64,000 nucleotides of DNA from Octopus vulgaris (taxonomy: Eukaryota). Shown here piece by piece: positions 1-13,244 of this stretch. Both the position numbers and the translations under genes were made by a program. Below the pieces are notes generated by a model. The model had not been told where the DNA came from. It saw only the letters and a list, made by a program, of their open reading frames with translations, and did not search any database. Where the stretch lies: the NCBI GenBank assembly GCA_951406725.2, contig OX597823.1, forward strand, positions 66,154,001 to 66,218,000, read 5' to 3'. Each line of letters starts with the position of its first letter. The stretch's first letter is position 1.

Positions 1-536
1 GTAAAAATAAATGAATTAAAATATTCTTCGGATATTCCATGAATTATAGAAACGTTGCAAGAATTCAACTGAGAAATGTAAAGAGAGATATAATTGTGTT
101 AAAGATGTTAGACATTGATCATAGAAGGTAAATACAAGAAAACTATTATTTATACACACATTAGTTTACATCGTGATCTACAACGTTTTCATTTTTCTGT
201 TATCAAACTTCTGCTATTGAATTAGGCTCTATTCAACTAAATATAAAATGAGACCAAAGACTCTTATGAAAGCAATCCAACGTTCTTCCAGTAAGACAGC
301 TTCCTTTGATCATAATTCTTGTCTTTTTTTTTCTTTTGCTTTGAATTATTATGTCTCAATACTATCAGCACGTCTCCTTGAATCGAAACCTTTCGTATGT
401 GTTCAAATGATATCTCATATCTACTTCTCAGTAAACACGTATTTATCCAATTTATGAATCTCCTTTTATCTGATTTGTAAGACGAGTCTATAGGCATGAT
501 TCAACCCATTTGGTTATCTTTATCCCGATATTCAAT

Positions 537-584
537 TCATGTGCATGTACATAGATATTGCATATCAATACATACATACATACA

Positions 585-618
<34 letters not shown>

Positions 619-721
619 CATATATATACATATATATACATATATACACACCGACATTCACACAGATATATATCGGCTAATCTGCATATATGTCCCCACA
701 CAACAAAGATTTGTGTGTGTG

Positions 722-755
<34 letters not shown>

Positions 756-765
756 CGCATATATG

Positions 766-796
<31 letters not shown>

Positions 797-904
797 GCAT
801 ATATGTATACATATATATATATATATATATACACTTACGTATATATATATATATATATATATTTATACGCACACATATATATACACACATACATATATAT
901 ATAT

Positions 905-943
<39 letters not shown>

Positions 944-1050
944 TACGAATATATATATGCGTGCGTGCGTGCGTGCGCTTTATATATAAGTATTCAAACG
1001 TGTATGCAAGTGTGCGTATCCATGTATGCATGTACGTTATGTATGTTCTT
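537..1050. repeat. Compound (TACA)n/(TA)n/(CA)n microsatellite
   Basis: Visible short tandem repeats; source of the YIYI/HTHT pseudo-ORFs. Confidence 0.95.
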
Positions 1051-2870
1051 TATGTAAACACTTCTTAATACGTGAACATAATAAGAAAGAGAACTTGTCA
1101 TTGCATTAACTTCTACGAACTTAAAGATTTATAGTTGTAGCTTTCTAGCAAAGCTCACATGATGGTTCTGGTCGGTGTTGGCATGAACACATTGGCGTAT
1201 TTAATGACATTCGCTTTCAAAATTGATATATTTAGCTTGACCTTCTTGTCAAGTGTCACGGAGTGTTGAAAATATCATAAATGAAAAATAGCATAAGAGT
1301 TACCGTCACTTTTATAAATGTTTCCGTACACTCTGCATAAAGTAGGCTGAATGATGCCGCTATTCATTTTCATTCCAACTGTCTTTCGTCTGTAAGAACG
1401 CCTCCCGATGACCATTTATCTTCTAAACGTTTATACAGTGTAAAGAATTAGGCCAACATCTTCGTACATTAAATTAAATTATGTGATGACACTATTACTG
1501 CTCCGTGTCACAGAAACTGTGGGGTAGTGAACATTTTAGTTTAAGAATACTTTCAACTGATTTCCTTTTCATGCAGTTATTAGTAAACATTATTTTCAAT
1601 ATGTTTCTCATTTTCTTTACAGAAAACTAAAACTGCTCTCGTTATTAGATTACGTGTAAACATGAGTTACAAAAAAATGTCATGCAAGGACATTAAATTA
1701 TGTCGAAATTCTAAAAAAAAAAAGATATTTAAACTTTTCATTATTATTAGTTTCTGCTTGCAAATCTGAGGCAGGCTTTATTATTAAAGTTTCAAGAAGA
1801 CAACCATTAGAGATGAATAAATCCCATGATTTACAATAACGTTCGCCTTTGGGACTCGCGTCTTTGCTTTCTAGCATACACAGAGGAAAACTGTTCCACT
1901 GTGTTTATTTCTATATCGTTGGGTGCTATCCTTTGAAAGTTGTAATTCAAGTCTAACAATTTTATGCTCTGACATTATTTTAACGTTTATAAAAAGAAAG
2001 AACTTAATTTATTTTTCTATTTGTTTGGCCTGCTATTTGATATGAAACGCTATTTCGATCAGATTGTATTTTATTTTTGAAGGGTCATACTATATGAACT
2101 GTCTAAGAAACAAGCTATAATAATTATATATTTCAAAACTATTTTTAAGTTTCGTATTGCCAGAAATTCTGCATATATAATTATTCAGGTTGTATACTCT
2201 TTAGACATACATTTGCTTCATTGGAATGAAGATATACATAAAAGAAAGTTTGAAACAGATTAATTTAATATGGTTCAGCTTCAATATTAGCTACGTTTTT
2301 ATCAAACGTAGCTAATATTAGCAAGTAATCATTCATTAAAGATTTACTAAGTTTAATCAAATTACATCAATTTGATTACTTAAGTTGGACAAAAGAAAAC
2401 GCTTTTAATGTATTGCAGTATACATTAAGAAAACTGAACATGAAAAATATCCAAAATTTACTTACACTTATACTTAGTAAACGATATTATCAGATGTAAA
2501 TTTGAAACTCTGGGATGCCATTTTGTATCTTATACCTCGTATCAATTTTTCCTTTGCCGATGTTTATATGAAATAGTGAACCTACAGACAGTTGTAATCA
2601 ATTTAATCCCTTATACTTGAGGAATTCATAAATTATTTGTCGTTTGATATAAGAAAATTATTTTCCATTTATATTCCTTGAGACAATAACCTTTCAATTA
2701 TTGCTGGTTTTTCTTTTTTTTTTTGGCAACATTTAAAAGTAGAGCAATTGGTTAGTAACAGCTAGTGGGGAAATATTTTTTGTCTATACTGTGGATGAGG
2801 TCGTATAACTAAAAGTAATTATGAATGGATTACGTTATACTCTGTCTACATGAGTTTGCTTCCAGTTCAA

Positions 2871-3207
2871 TATTTAAAACATGAGGAATTATGTACATTA
2901 TTTACATTTGAAAGATAATTGTCCTCATCTTGTTTGTTGTTAACACAACGTTTCAGCTTATATATCCTCCAGCCTTCATCATATATGTTGGAGTAATTTC
3001 GAACCTGGGTTCTCATTCCTAAGGTATTTTTAGATGTTGTTATTATTATTATTATTATTATATTATCGAACTCGGAATCTTGGAATTAAAAGCCCGCGCT
3101 CTTAACCACTACGCCATATGACCACGGGCATATGGTGTAGTGGTTTGAAATAGATTAATTTGAGGACAAATATCCGTCAAATGTAAATTATGTAAATAAT
3201 GTAAATA
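2871..3207 (-). mobile_element. tRNA-headed short retroelement with decayed hammerhead and inverted ends
   Basis: Minus strand: A-box TGGCGTAGTGG and B-box GAGTTCGAT (3066-3120), then (TAA)n, then ATGATGA-aggct..agct-GAAACGTT-gtgtt (2942-2990). Inverted arms at 2888-2928 and 3161-3200. Degenerate ~21-bp flanking direct repeat at 2850-2870 and 3208-3229. Confidence 0.7.
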
Positions 3208-4013
3208 ATGAGTTTGCTTGTTAGTTCAAAATCATATGTATTGCATGTTATAATTTGCGATTTTGAAGAGGTATCAAATATATCCGTTCATGGAACCTTG
3301 TCATATATTTTGCATAACTGACTTTATGGAACTAAAATGGAAGTATTTGGACTTGACGTAACCTACGAGGTATGATATTGTTAATTCGTTTTTTATACAT
3401 CGAATACCTTTGATGATTAACATGCCTTAAATAATGAACAAGACTAATAATTGTAGGTTATGAATTACTGACAATATATTAATATTCTACTACTCACAAC
3501 AACAAAGTTAGAATTCCTTATCAAATATATACACGATCAAAAATTAATCCTGAGATTTGCTGGGAGTTTTCTTGAATGTACTATTAAAATGACAAGTCCG
3601 CGTATATTCATCAGATAGAAAATGTTCCGAATCTGCAAATCAATGTTTTAGAACTTCAAAAACTTTTACTTCAACACATCCACGGAATTCAGAGTGGAAA
3701 TCTACTATCCAACAGCCTCTTATGCATTATTTGATTGCATTGTACTTATGCTTTTCTCTGTGTTTCTAACAAACTGTCTATACAATAAGAAATATTGAAT
3801 TTCTAAATCTCTCGTAGAGACATGTACGGTGGTAGGGCGATAGAATGGTTGTATACTGTCAATCTAACAAGAACGTGACAGTAGGAGGTACACCACCGCT
3901 GTATAGCCCTAGGAAGCATCGAACGCCTCCTGATAGCTTTGACACATTTTTTCCCTGTGTCCTTATATAGATATACGAAGGGGTGACAAACACCCCCGGC
4001 TGCCGGAACTGCA

Positions 4014-4059
4014 TCTAGAGACACCGTGTTTCAGGATCATTGTCCTTCATCGGCCTAGA
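4014..4059 (-). ncRNA. Minimal type I hammerhead (CCGAUGA core)
   Basis: tctagg-CCGATGA-agga(caatga)tcct-GAAA-cacggtg-TC-tctaga. Confidence 0.8.
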
Positions 4060-4187
4060 GTAGCAGACGAGAGATTTAGAAATTCAATATTTCTTATTTT
4101 GATAATCAGTGAATAAACTTCACAGAATATAGATATATAGAATTACGAAGTCGAGGCAAATATCACCAGCTGACCGGTATCTGCTAC

Positions 4188-4233
4188 TCTAGGACGATGA
4201 AGGACAATGATCCTGAAACACGGTGTCCCTAGA
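4188..4233 (+). ncRNA. Minimal type I hammerhead, core mutated (ACGAUGA)
   Basis: Stem I tctagg/cctaga, stem II agga/tcct, GAAA, quasi-palindromic stem III, GUC triplet; C3 changed to A. Confidence 0.7.
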
Positions 4234-4552
4234 TGCAGTTCCGGTAGCCGGGGGTGTTTGTCTCCCCTTCGTATATCTATATAAGGACACAGGGAAAAAA
4301 TGTGTCAAAGCTATCAGGAGGCGTTCGATGCTTCCTAGGGCTATACAGCGGTGGTGTACCCCCTGCTGTCACGTTCTTGTTAGATTGACAGTATACAACC
4401 ATTCTATCGCCCCACCACCGTACATGTCTCTACGAGAGATTTAGAAATTCAATATTTCTTATTTTGATAATCAGTGAATAAACTTCACTGAATATAGATA
4501 TATAGAATTACGAAGTCGAGGCAAATATCACCAGCTGACCGGTATCTGCTAC

Positions 4553-4598
4553 TCTAAGCCGATGAAGGACAATGATCCTGAAACACGGTGTCCCTAGA
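4553..4598 (+). ncRNA. Minimal type I hammerhead (CCGAUGA core)
   Basis: tctaag-CCGATGA-agga..tcct-GAAA-cacggtg-TC-cctaga; predicted cleavage after C4592. Confidence 0.8.
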
Positions 4599-5539
4599 TG
4601 CAGTTCCGGCAGCCGGGGGGTGTTTGTCTCCTCTTCGTATATCTATATAAGGATACAGGGAAAAAATGTGTCAAAGCTATCAGGAGGCGTTCGATGCTTC
4701 CTAGGGCTATACAGCGGTGCTGTACCCCCTACTGTCACGTTCTTGTTAGAATGACAGTATACAGCCATTCTGTCTATACAATTTTGTCTAACAATCATTT
4801 TTCATTCTCTCTTTTCACGTTGTGTCTCGTACTTTCTTTTCTCAACTTCTCCACTTTATTCCTTATGGGTAAGTCAAAACTTTCTAAGGGATTGATTTTC
4901 AGCAGAAAAACGTCATGTATATCAGAGAACGATTTTGAGCTTACTTTGTTTCGAACGTATATATACTAATTGCTGTTGCATTTCATCATTCGTGAACGAA
5001 TTGCTTATCGATGGGTGCCGATGTCTGTCGAGAATCAATACGTATTTCATTGTTTTCAACGGTGAACAAGGGTATCGTTTTGGTGATAACAATAAGCGCT
5101 TGCAATTAACGTTTTTGCTGAATTCGAAAAATTGACCGACTGTTCAATGCAATCAACTCGCCATTTAATGAAACTGAATCATTTGTTTGATAAAATAACA
5201 TCGGTTGTCAATTAAAAAAATTTCGATCAATTATAATTCTGTAGCTATTCCATCAATGGACAACTTGATAAATTTCGATCTACTGACCATTTTCTTGCGT
5301 TAGCTTATATATTTTAAGTTCTGTTGGCTGATATCTATATTACTTTTGAATATTAAACAATAGATTTAGCCTGTTATAACGCTAATATATTTTATCATAA
5401 AAGTTATTATAGGCTAAATCTATATACACATTTTATCATACAAGAATTCGATCAAATGTTCTGATTATATTTTATGAAATTCTATCACCTGACAGTTTAA
5501 AGGGGAGTTGGATCAACAATTCCGATAACTTCACCTACA

Positions 5540-6441
5540 CGTCGTGGTATCAAAATGTTCCAGGACTAGTCCTGTAGCACGCTAACAGGTGACGGCACAC
5601 TGTTGCATGCGCAGTGAGAAGTAGTAGTGGCCATCGTACGGCAATGTGCCGAATGGCCTTGCTGTGTTTACTTCGCAATTTGTGAAATTTTTATTTTATT
5701 GATCATGTTAATGTTATAGTCTGCGATTTTGTCATGGAGAGGAACAAAGAACCAACTTGAAGTTTTGTGGGGGAAGTGGGGACTTCTGCTACAGAGACAA
5801 TGAGAACATTTCGGCAAGATTACGGCGGTGAGGCAATGGCTCGTATGCAATGATTCGAGTGATACGGGCGTTACAAAAGCGGAGGAACATTCCTGAAAGA
5901 CGATGAGCGATCTGGAAGACCTCTCACGTGTGTCACCCCCGGAAATGTGATATTTTGCATCTATTATTCTTCCCACTTCGGCCAGACCGTCAGTGGAGAG
6001 TTCCACTGTAACGTTCTGAAGCATTTAAGGGAGGACATTCAATGAAAGCGACCGGATCTGTGGTGCACAAAGAATTGGATTCTTCACCGAGCTCTCTTCA
6101 TTCGTGAGCTTCTCGCAAAAAAGAACATGTTATCGCTTCTGCATCCACCCTATTTGCCAGATTCAGCATCTGGTGACTTCCATCTTTTTCCGAAGATAAA
6201 AACGCAGCCCATAGATCACCGTTTTAAAAACGTTGTCGTGATGGAGAGCGAATAGCAAACATTCTCGACTCGCCTACGGAAAACGAATTCCAAACCGTAT
6301 TCTAAAAATGGCAGGAACAGTGGAACCGGTGTATTGCAGCGCAAGATGTCTATTTCGAAAGATATGGTGTAAAAGCCTAGGAAAATAAGTAATTTTTTTT
6401 ATTAAACATAAGTAGTCCTGAAATCTTTTCATGCCACCTCG
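5540..6441 (+). mobile_element. Decayed, internally deleted mariner transposon
   Basis: ~30-bp terminal inverted repeats (TIRs) cgtcgtggtatcaaaatgttccaggactagt / agtagtcctgaaatcttttcatgccacctcg; remnants KDDERSGRP and HPPYLPDSASGDFHLFPKIK (mariner YSPDLAP motif). Confidence 0.9.
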
Positions 6442-6892
6442 TATATTTTAGAATGTGTTAACATATAAGTACGTTGGTATACTTACGAGAGGCTGTGCGA
6501 AGACACAGTTTGCTATAATGATGCTGCCATAACATCGTCTGCAGTGAGAACATTTCTCGATATGATGAAGTGATATGAATATAAATTATCGAACATGGGA
6601 GAAACAAAAGAGTGAAGGTAAAAGAAAGGGAAAACAAGAGAAAATAAATTAAGGGGGGGAGTGGAAAGAGGAAGTTGAATTAGATGCGTAGTAGGATAAG
6701 GTTGAACATGAGAAGAAAGGGTATCGTGTAGATCTCAGGATAGGAATTTGAAGTATCTTGCATTGTCTTTTGGGTATCCATGTGTTTTACTGTTTCGAAT
6801 GTTAAATAAACCTAAAACGGGACGTATCATGAGTCTTATATTTTGTACATAAGAAGAGAACAGAAGGTTTTCTATATTCTTTGAAGAATTCA

Positions 6893-7091
6893 GATTTTGA
6901 CACAAGGCCAGTAATTTCGATGGAAGGGTAAATCGATTACGTCGACCCCAGTGGTAAAAGGTAATTGTTTTATCGATATGAAAGAATGAAATGCAATGTG
7001 GACCTCGGCAGAATTATCAACTGAGAAAGTAAAGACCCACGAAATGCCGCTAAACATTTTGCCCGGTGTGCTATTTTGTCAGCTCGACACC
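6893..7091 (-). mobile_element. tRNA-derived SINE family 1 (diverged)
   Basis: Shares gattacgtcgaccccagtg and gacctcggcagaatt blocks with other family 1 copies. Confidence 0.75.
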
Positions 7092-8829
7092 CTAATTCTT
7101 TTATCAATATTGCCAGGAAGAATCCCTGCTTTCGTTTAGCAGTGACGTGACACGCAATTTATATTTGCGTTCAATATGAATATACCTTTAATGATATTCT
7201 TTAGCACCTATACACCTATACATGCGAGGTCTACAATTCCTTGATATTTCAGGTCTCAGATATATTTCGACAATGCAATTTTGCGTATTTCTGTTTCTGA
7301 ACAAATACACGATCAGACTAAATTTGTCTTTAAATGTATCCTCATATAGTATTGTATTATTTATCTCCTAATATGATAATGAGCATTGTGTTTTATATAT
7401 CTTTATATATCATTATATATATATATATATATATATTTGTCCAAATTCACGGAGAGAGAGGATGGAGTAGGAGAAAGAGTAGTATAAGTGAAGGGGGGAA
7501 AGAGAAAATAGTATTTCAGTGAAGGAGAAGTAGTGAGAGTTGAAGCCCTGACAGAGAGAGAGTGAGAGAAAATAAGAATGAGAGAAAGGAAGTGGCAAAG
7601 AGCGCATCGTGTATCTTCTATTTTCCCCCGTCACAACATATGAATGAGAAAGGAAGCAGTGATAGATGAATATGGATGGAAAGGGTGAAAAATAATCAGC
7701 ATTTCAAATATGTACGGGTGTGCATGTTAAAAGGAGGTATGTGAATGTTTGTTTGTCTGTGTGTGTGTGTGTGCTGTATGTGTGTGTGTGTGTGCTGTAT
7801 GTGTGTGTGTGTGTGAATGGAAATTAGATGGCGAACGTTCATCGCTGAAAAGAAAAATCAAGCAGCATTTCAACTTTGAGTATATGCGTGTATAATCAAT
7901 CATGTACACGGAAGGTATGTGAATGTTTGTATCTGTGATTATTATGTACCTTATTTATATATAAAGTATTGCAGTTAGCCATCATTCTTGACGGTACAGG
8001 GTTGGCTAGTTTCATAATAAAATAGATAAGTCTAATCTTTTTTTACAGAGTTGCTTAGGGCGGTAATACAAAATAGAGTTATTATATTTTTGCTTATATA
8101 CACATTGAACCACTTTCAGGGTAATTGAACTAATTATTCATGAGCAGGTTGTTACATTCTTTTTTAATACATGTCGTTCTTTCACTTCATTTGGAGGTCT
8201 GACTTTGGTATATTCAAAATAATTTGCTATTCCATTATCATCATCGTAAAGTTTTAACATCAATGTCATGAGTTTATAAACCTTTTCAATATGAATCTCA
8301 AAATATAAATCGCTTGATAGGTAGAATCAATTTGGCAGTTTAACTAGAATATACAGAATGGTTGAATGGAAAGCAGCTTGCAAATACCATATATAATGTA
8401 TTCCGATCATTAAATAAACAATAAGCAATTCTGTATATGACTTTCCTTTCTTATCCTAACATAATATACTTAATATAAATATATAACGTAACATAAGTTT
8501 AACTAAATCAATGATCACAGAATAAATCCTTTTTTTTTTTTGTCTAAATTTAAAGAGCTACGATACACAAAGCTATTTTTATTTTGAATATTGCCAGTAA
8601 CAATACAGATATATTAAGCCCAGGTATATGATAAATAAGCTTTTGTATTTGCCATATATTTTATAATTTCTAACATTGCCGTTTAGATCATAAAATCAGT
8701 ATAATTATATATACTCATATAGTAATATACTTAGCTGTTGTAGCTGTTGTAGCTGTTGTTTGGGTTGATTTTCATGTTGGTCCTGATGGAATGGATCTTC
8801 GTCGTTTTCTATGGTGTGTGTTCTGTTCA

Positions 8830-9082
8830 CGTTTAAAACGTCAAGGTTGACAATGCTAAAACAGTTTTATAAAAAAAAACATTTCAGTACCAGTTTCAGT
8901 CATTGAGATGTTTTCTACCGTAAGTATGGAAAACAATTAAATTTTGGAAAAATTAGATGTAAAGATTTTAAAAGAATGCTTGCATAGTATTCAAATACAA
9001 GGGTCATTTTCCTTGTTTCTGTCTGTCTCTGTCTCTCTTGTTTACTCTTGTGGATTCAAGGTCGTTGTTAATTCTTGGCAGA

Positions 9083-9113
<31 letters not shown>

Positions 9114-9145
9114 AAGAAGAAGAAGAAGAAGAAGAAGAAGAAGAA
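8830..9145 (-). repeat. pLTR-like repeat abutting (GAA)n, inverted homolog of 28547-28990
   Basis: Alignable blocks (aatgctaaaa, gtacc(a/g)gttt, aaacaattaaatt, caaggg(t/a)cattttc, tttactcttgtg), each next to a GAA/TTC tract. Confidence 0.7.
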
Positions 9146-9149
9146 GGAT

Positions 9150-9620
9150 GCGGGAGTGCTAGTGAAGGATTTACAACTAAAAGCCCTACCATGCATCTCC
9201 ACACACAGCCCTCTTAACAATGAAGCCTTCGATACCATCCTTCAAAACCTTCCCCTGCTAAAAAAAGGAAAAGAGAATGAACTTAATCCTCCAAACACAC
9301 ATCATCATAAAAAGCAAGAGACAACCCAAATGAAAAATCTCCTAACACAAGCCCGAATACGCTCAACAATAATACTGAAGCCATCAGTAAAAAAATGCGA
9401 AAAACCCAACTGTGGGATATGCGACAATTTAATTGAGTGATCAGAGTTCTCCTTCAAAGAGGGACAAAGTTTCACAGTGAAAAGTAGCTTCACATTTGCT
9501 GATCCTGGAGTTCACAGTGCACATAAAGGCAACATAGCGGAATAGGAGCAACCTTAGGTTCTCTGAGGCTATCCTCATACACCAACAGAAACCCAAAATC
9601 AATAATAGAAGGGAATTACA
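9150..9620 (+). mobile_element. Penelope-like retroelement fragment (RT-endonuclease linker with Cys motif)
   Basis: ISTHSPLNNEAF..KNLLTQARI..VKKCEKPNCGICDNL; homologous to YISTHKPHNNEAF at ~24880 minus. Confidence 0.75.
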
Positions 9621-9983
9621 GAAAGTTAACTGGTTGCTGTAGCAATACCTTTATGCGCATGTCCACTCTACAAACACTCACACACACACACATCGGCAAC
9701 ATTCGCCAATTTCTTGAAAATTGGGTTATAACTCCGAAATATTGAATACAAGGTAAGTCCACATTAATTCACATATTTGATTTCTTGTAATTTACATTGC
9801 ATTTACTTCGCATTGCTTTGACCTTATTCTACACAATGGTTCACAGTAAATATTCCATCATAAGATATATATATATATATATATATATATATTGCATACA
9901 CACGCATATTTTATGCAAATGTGCATATATAAATATTTATTCATATATAAATACGTATGTACTCATACATATGTATATATATA

Positions 9984-10021
<38 letters not shown>

Positions 10022-10629
10022 TATAAATCATTGGAAGAATCAATTTATTAGACGGAGTCCAATAAATGTCATCAAATGAATGGACACAGGCTGTGATGGT
10101 AATGTGGATTATTTATTTAATTTAACCAGACAGCTGTTTCTGTCGCAAAAGCCCATATTTCAGGCATACAATTGAAGAATATGTATTTCAACAAAAGTAA
10201 TACACATTATTATATTAACCCAATTGGTACTCATCAGTGGATAATAATAAAATATTTTAATATTCAAAGTTAGTACGTTTAGTTTTCTTATTTGTGGTCA
10301 TTATATTGATTTCGTTTTCTAAATATTTTCTTACTTACACTCGCCAAGTCAAATTCTAAACTGAAGGTTACAAGTGTAACTCTGTTAGTATTCAGTTCCT
10401 TTCATTCATATTATTATCTACTCGTTATTTCCTCCCTATATAGTTAATTAAAACTTCGCTCTCGATTCCGCCTTTTTTGCTGGTCAAAAACGCATGCATA
10501 TGTACATCTTGAAACATCATATAAGGGATTATATATATATATTTTTTAAAATCGTAATGAACATTTTAGTAACTGTCATCTATCATATTTTATATAGATT
10601 TTTAACCTCGTGTTTAGTTATAAAGAACA

Positions 10630-12075
10630 ATGTAAGATGAATCGATAGCTTAAGCTGTTCTTTATTTAAAGAATTCAATAAATTCATACCACTGTTATTT
10701 AAATTATGTTAACTATATTTAAATTAACTTTAAACATCTTTGATATACTTATTAAAAGATATCGGCCATCTAGTCATGATATTTACGTAAATTTATATAT
10801 TTACTCTTATACTATGATTCTAAGCCTACTTTTCGGATAAGTATATTCCTTTCGTAATTGACACAAAGCAAATGTACTTATTTACCGTGTTATTATACAC
10901 CCTTACATAAAATGATGTACTTCATCAATTTCTTATTAAATTATATTAATGCCCCAGTATTAATATTATGTATTATTAAAAAAGATATGTTTTAAACCAA
11001 TATATTAATCCTTTCTTGAATATTATCATTTACAATATAAGGGGAGATAACATTTCATATTTATAGTGAAATAGAATATACTGTTAATTCCAGTTATCTT
11101 TAGTAGTTCAAGCCTCCTATTAGAGGTGTTTTTAAGGATAAATAACGCATCGTCTCTATAAAGGCCTAATCTCTGGGAATCCGTCGTATAAATAAGATAA
11201 TAGGTAAATACCCACTAAATCAGATTCCTGTGCTGAATCCGGGGGCCCCATTGTGATGTCGAAATCATTGGGGTGTCGTTCCTTACCCACAGCGTGTTAT
11301 CGAATTGTATTACAGATTTCCTAGTTTGTATGATTACCTTAAGTTCATCCATTGTCAATTTGGGTTGTCTTCTTAGCGAAAAATCAGAGCGCTATGTAGA
11401 ACTGTAGGATTAATTGATGAGTAATAGTTCTCTATGTCTATTTGTAGGAACTTATAACTAGTTTTATTCTGTATATTGGAGAACCAATTAAGGACGTTGT
11501 GTGTATTTGGCCATAATGCTAGACTTATCTTGTTTTTTTATAGTAGGAATATATTTAAGATTAATTTACTTAGGATTTATTGGGGCAGATTAGTCTAGTT
11601 TTCTTATCTGTTAAGAAATATTATTTGTGGTCTTTAATTGTTATGCGGGGTCTCGAAGGTGCGAAAAGTTCACATTTCTCATCTAAGTTGTAGTTGGTCA
11701 TAATCTTCTTGGCGGATAAGTTCAAAGATCTTAAAGTGTTATTAAACACTATTTTATATTTATTCGTTATTTCTTTATGCAACAGCCATTGGTATAAATT
11801 AACGTCTAAATTCTATGTTCCTGGTTTTGTCGGAATGTTCAATAATCTCCTTTTGCGATTTCGGTTTGATTAGTAGGTCCTTTAAGCTGCTTTGGTATGG
11901 ATTATTCCTTAGTGGATGATGTTTAAATTTTAGGTTCCTAATATTATCCCGTTGTTTGTTTTCAAAGGCGTCCAGGTACCTGTGAGGTAGGGGTGTTTTT
12001 CTAGTTTTGAAAATTCCTTCAGTAAACTCCTTGCAGGTGTTATTTGGTAGTCCCTGTTTGGTTATTTCCATCGTT
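10630..12075 (-). mobile_element. Decayed Penelope-like element RT region (YRDD type, probably Naiad clade)
   Basis: SDKTRNI, DITMGPPDSAQESDLVGIYLL (~11200-11260) and GLYRDDALFIL (~11140-11165); many stops and frameshifts. Confidence 0.8.
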
Positions 12076-13244
12076 GAATAAAGCTTTCCATCATGAACGG
12101 TGGATGAAGTCTGTAAATTTTGCAGTCACTCCTTTTAGATAAATATATTTTATATATATATATATATACATATATTATCTATCTATATATATATATCATC
12201 TATCTATCTATGCATATATATATATATGTTCTATTTATCTATACATATATATACACCTATATATGTTTATTAATACATGCATATGCATTCCCATACATAT
12301 ATATATATGTGTATGTGTGTGTATCTTTTATATATGCTCATACATATTCACATGTAGATCCATGTATGTATGTTCTTATTGACCAGCACTAAATTATTAA
12401 CATATAAACATACTAGTACATGGAGACATACATTCGATCTAACACTTAAAAATATGTATACATCATACTGTACTTGTTAGCATTTGTGCACCTATACGTA
12501 TCAAATACACACTCACAAACACACACATACATATATATATATATACATACATCTATCTTTCATAATAATACAAATCATAAATACATCAAACAATACAAAA
12601 AATGTATATCATTAAATTTGTACACTACATAGCCCAAAAGTCAGAATAAAATGGAGAGGATTTCTTCTTCAATTATATATATCAATATTAAATATTGTGA
12701 TCCTATAAGATGGCTTATTTCTTCTTTCATTAATTTTATCTCTATATAATGGCATATAATAATATTTTGCCCCCAAAATATTATATTCATAAACTTGTAA
12801 AATATAGTAAGACCATATAATTTTTTTAATATTATACTTTCTCTATAAAAGTACGTTTTATATATATCATATACACCCATATTCATACTTATTCACATAC
12901 ACAGAAAAATATACATATGTAAAAACTAATGTCCACACGCGCTTACACTTAGATCCATATGCATACTCATCGGTGTATATACCTGTATACATATTGTACA
13001 TATTCACATGTCCATACATAGGTATATACATATACTCTCTCATATTTAAGTTATTCATATATATACACACATATAGTTATAATCAATTTTAGTTGAGTAA
13101 AATTTCTATTACAATTTTCTAAATAGCCTTTATAGTGTTCATGTTAGTTATATCTTTTATAATGTCTAATTTCAGCTATTAATTTAATATATTCATGTAT
13201 ATCTATAGTTTTGAAACTGGATTTGAATATCTGACATCAAACCC

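Larger units (their letters stand above)
3787..4769 (+). mobile_element. Non-autonomous hammerhead repeat insertion (retrozyme/pLTR-like, family A): one inverted partial copy plus about two tandem 365-bp monomers
   Basis: Direct repeat period 365 (4188 vs 4553); inverted copy 3784-4067; 13-bp TSD CTGTCTATACAAT at 3774-3786 and 4770-4782. Confidence 0.9.

Noticed and set aside
496-1068. Long [12 protein letters not shown] ORFs here and throughout the window
   Set aside because: Translations of microsatellites
4283-4425. Assignment of the shared domain to pistol, twister, HDV-like, hatchet or SECIS
   Set aside because: Antisense topology is loosely pistol-like but lacks the AAA linker; conserved nucleotides of the other classes were not found by eye
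4070-4770. CRISPR-like repeat array
   Set aside because: Units are 365-bp near-identical monomers with no unique spacers and no cas genes; eukaryotic context
3803-4969. Repeated 73-aa ORF (MSLDAVP..)
   Set aside because: GTG start, overlaps the hammerhead, and not conserved in family B; an RNA-structure explanation fits better
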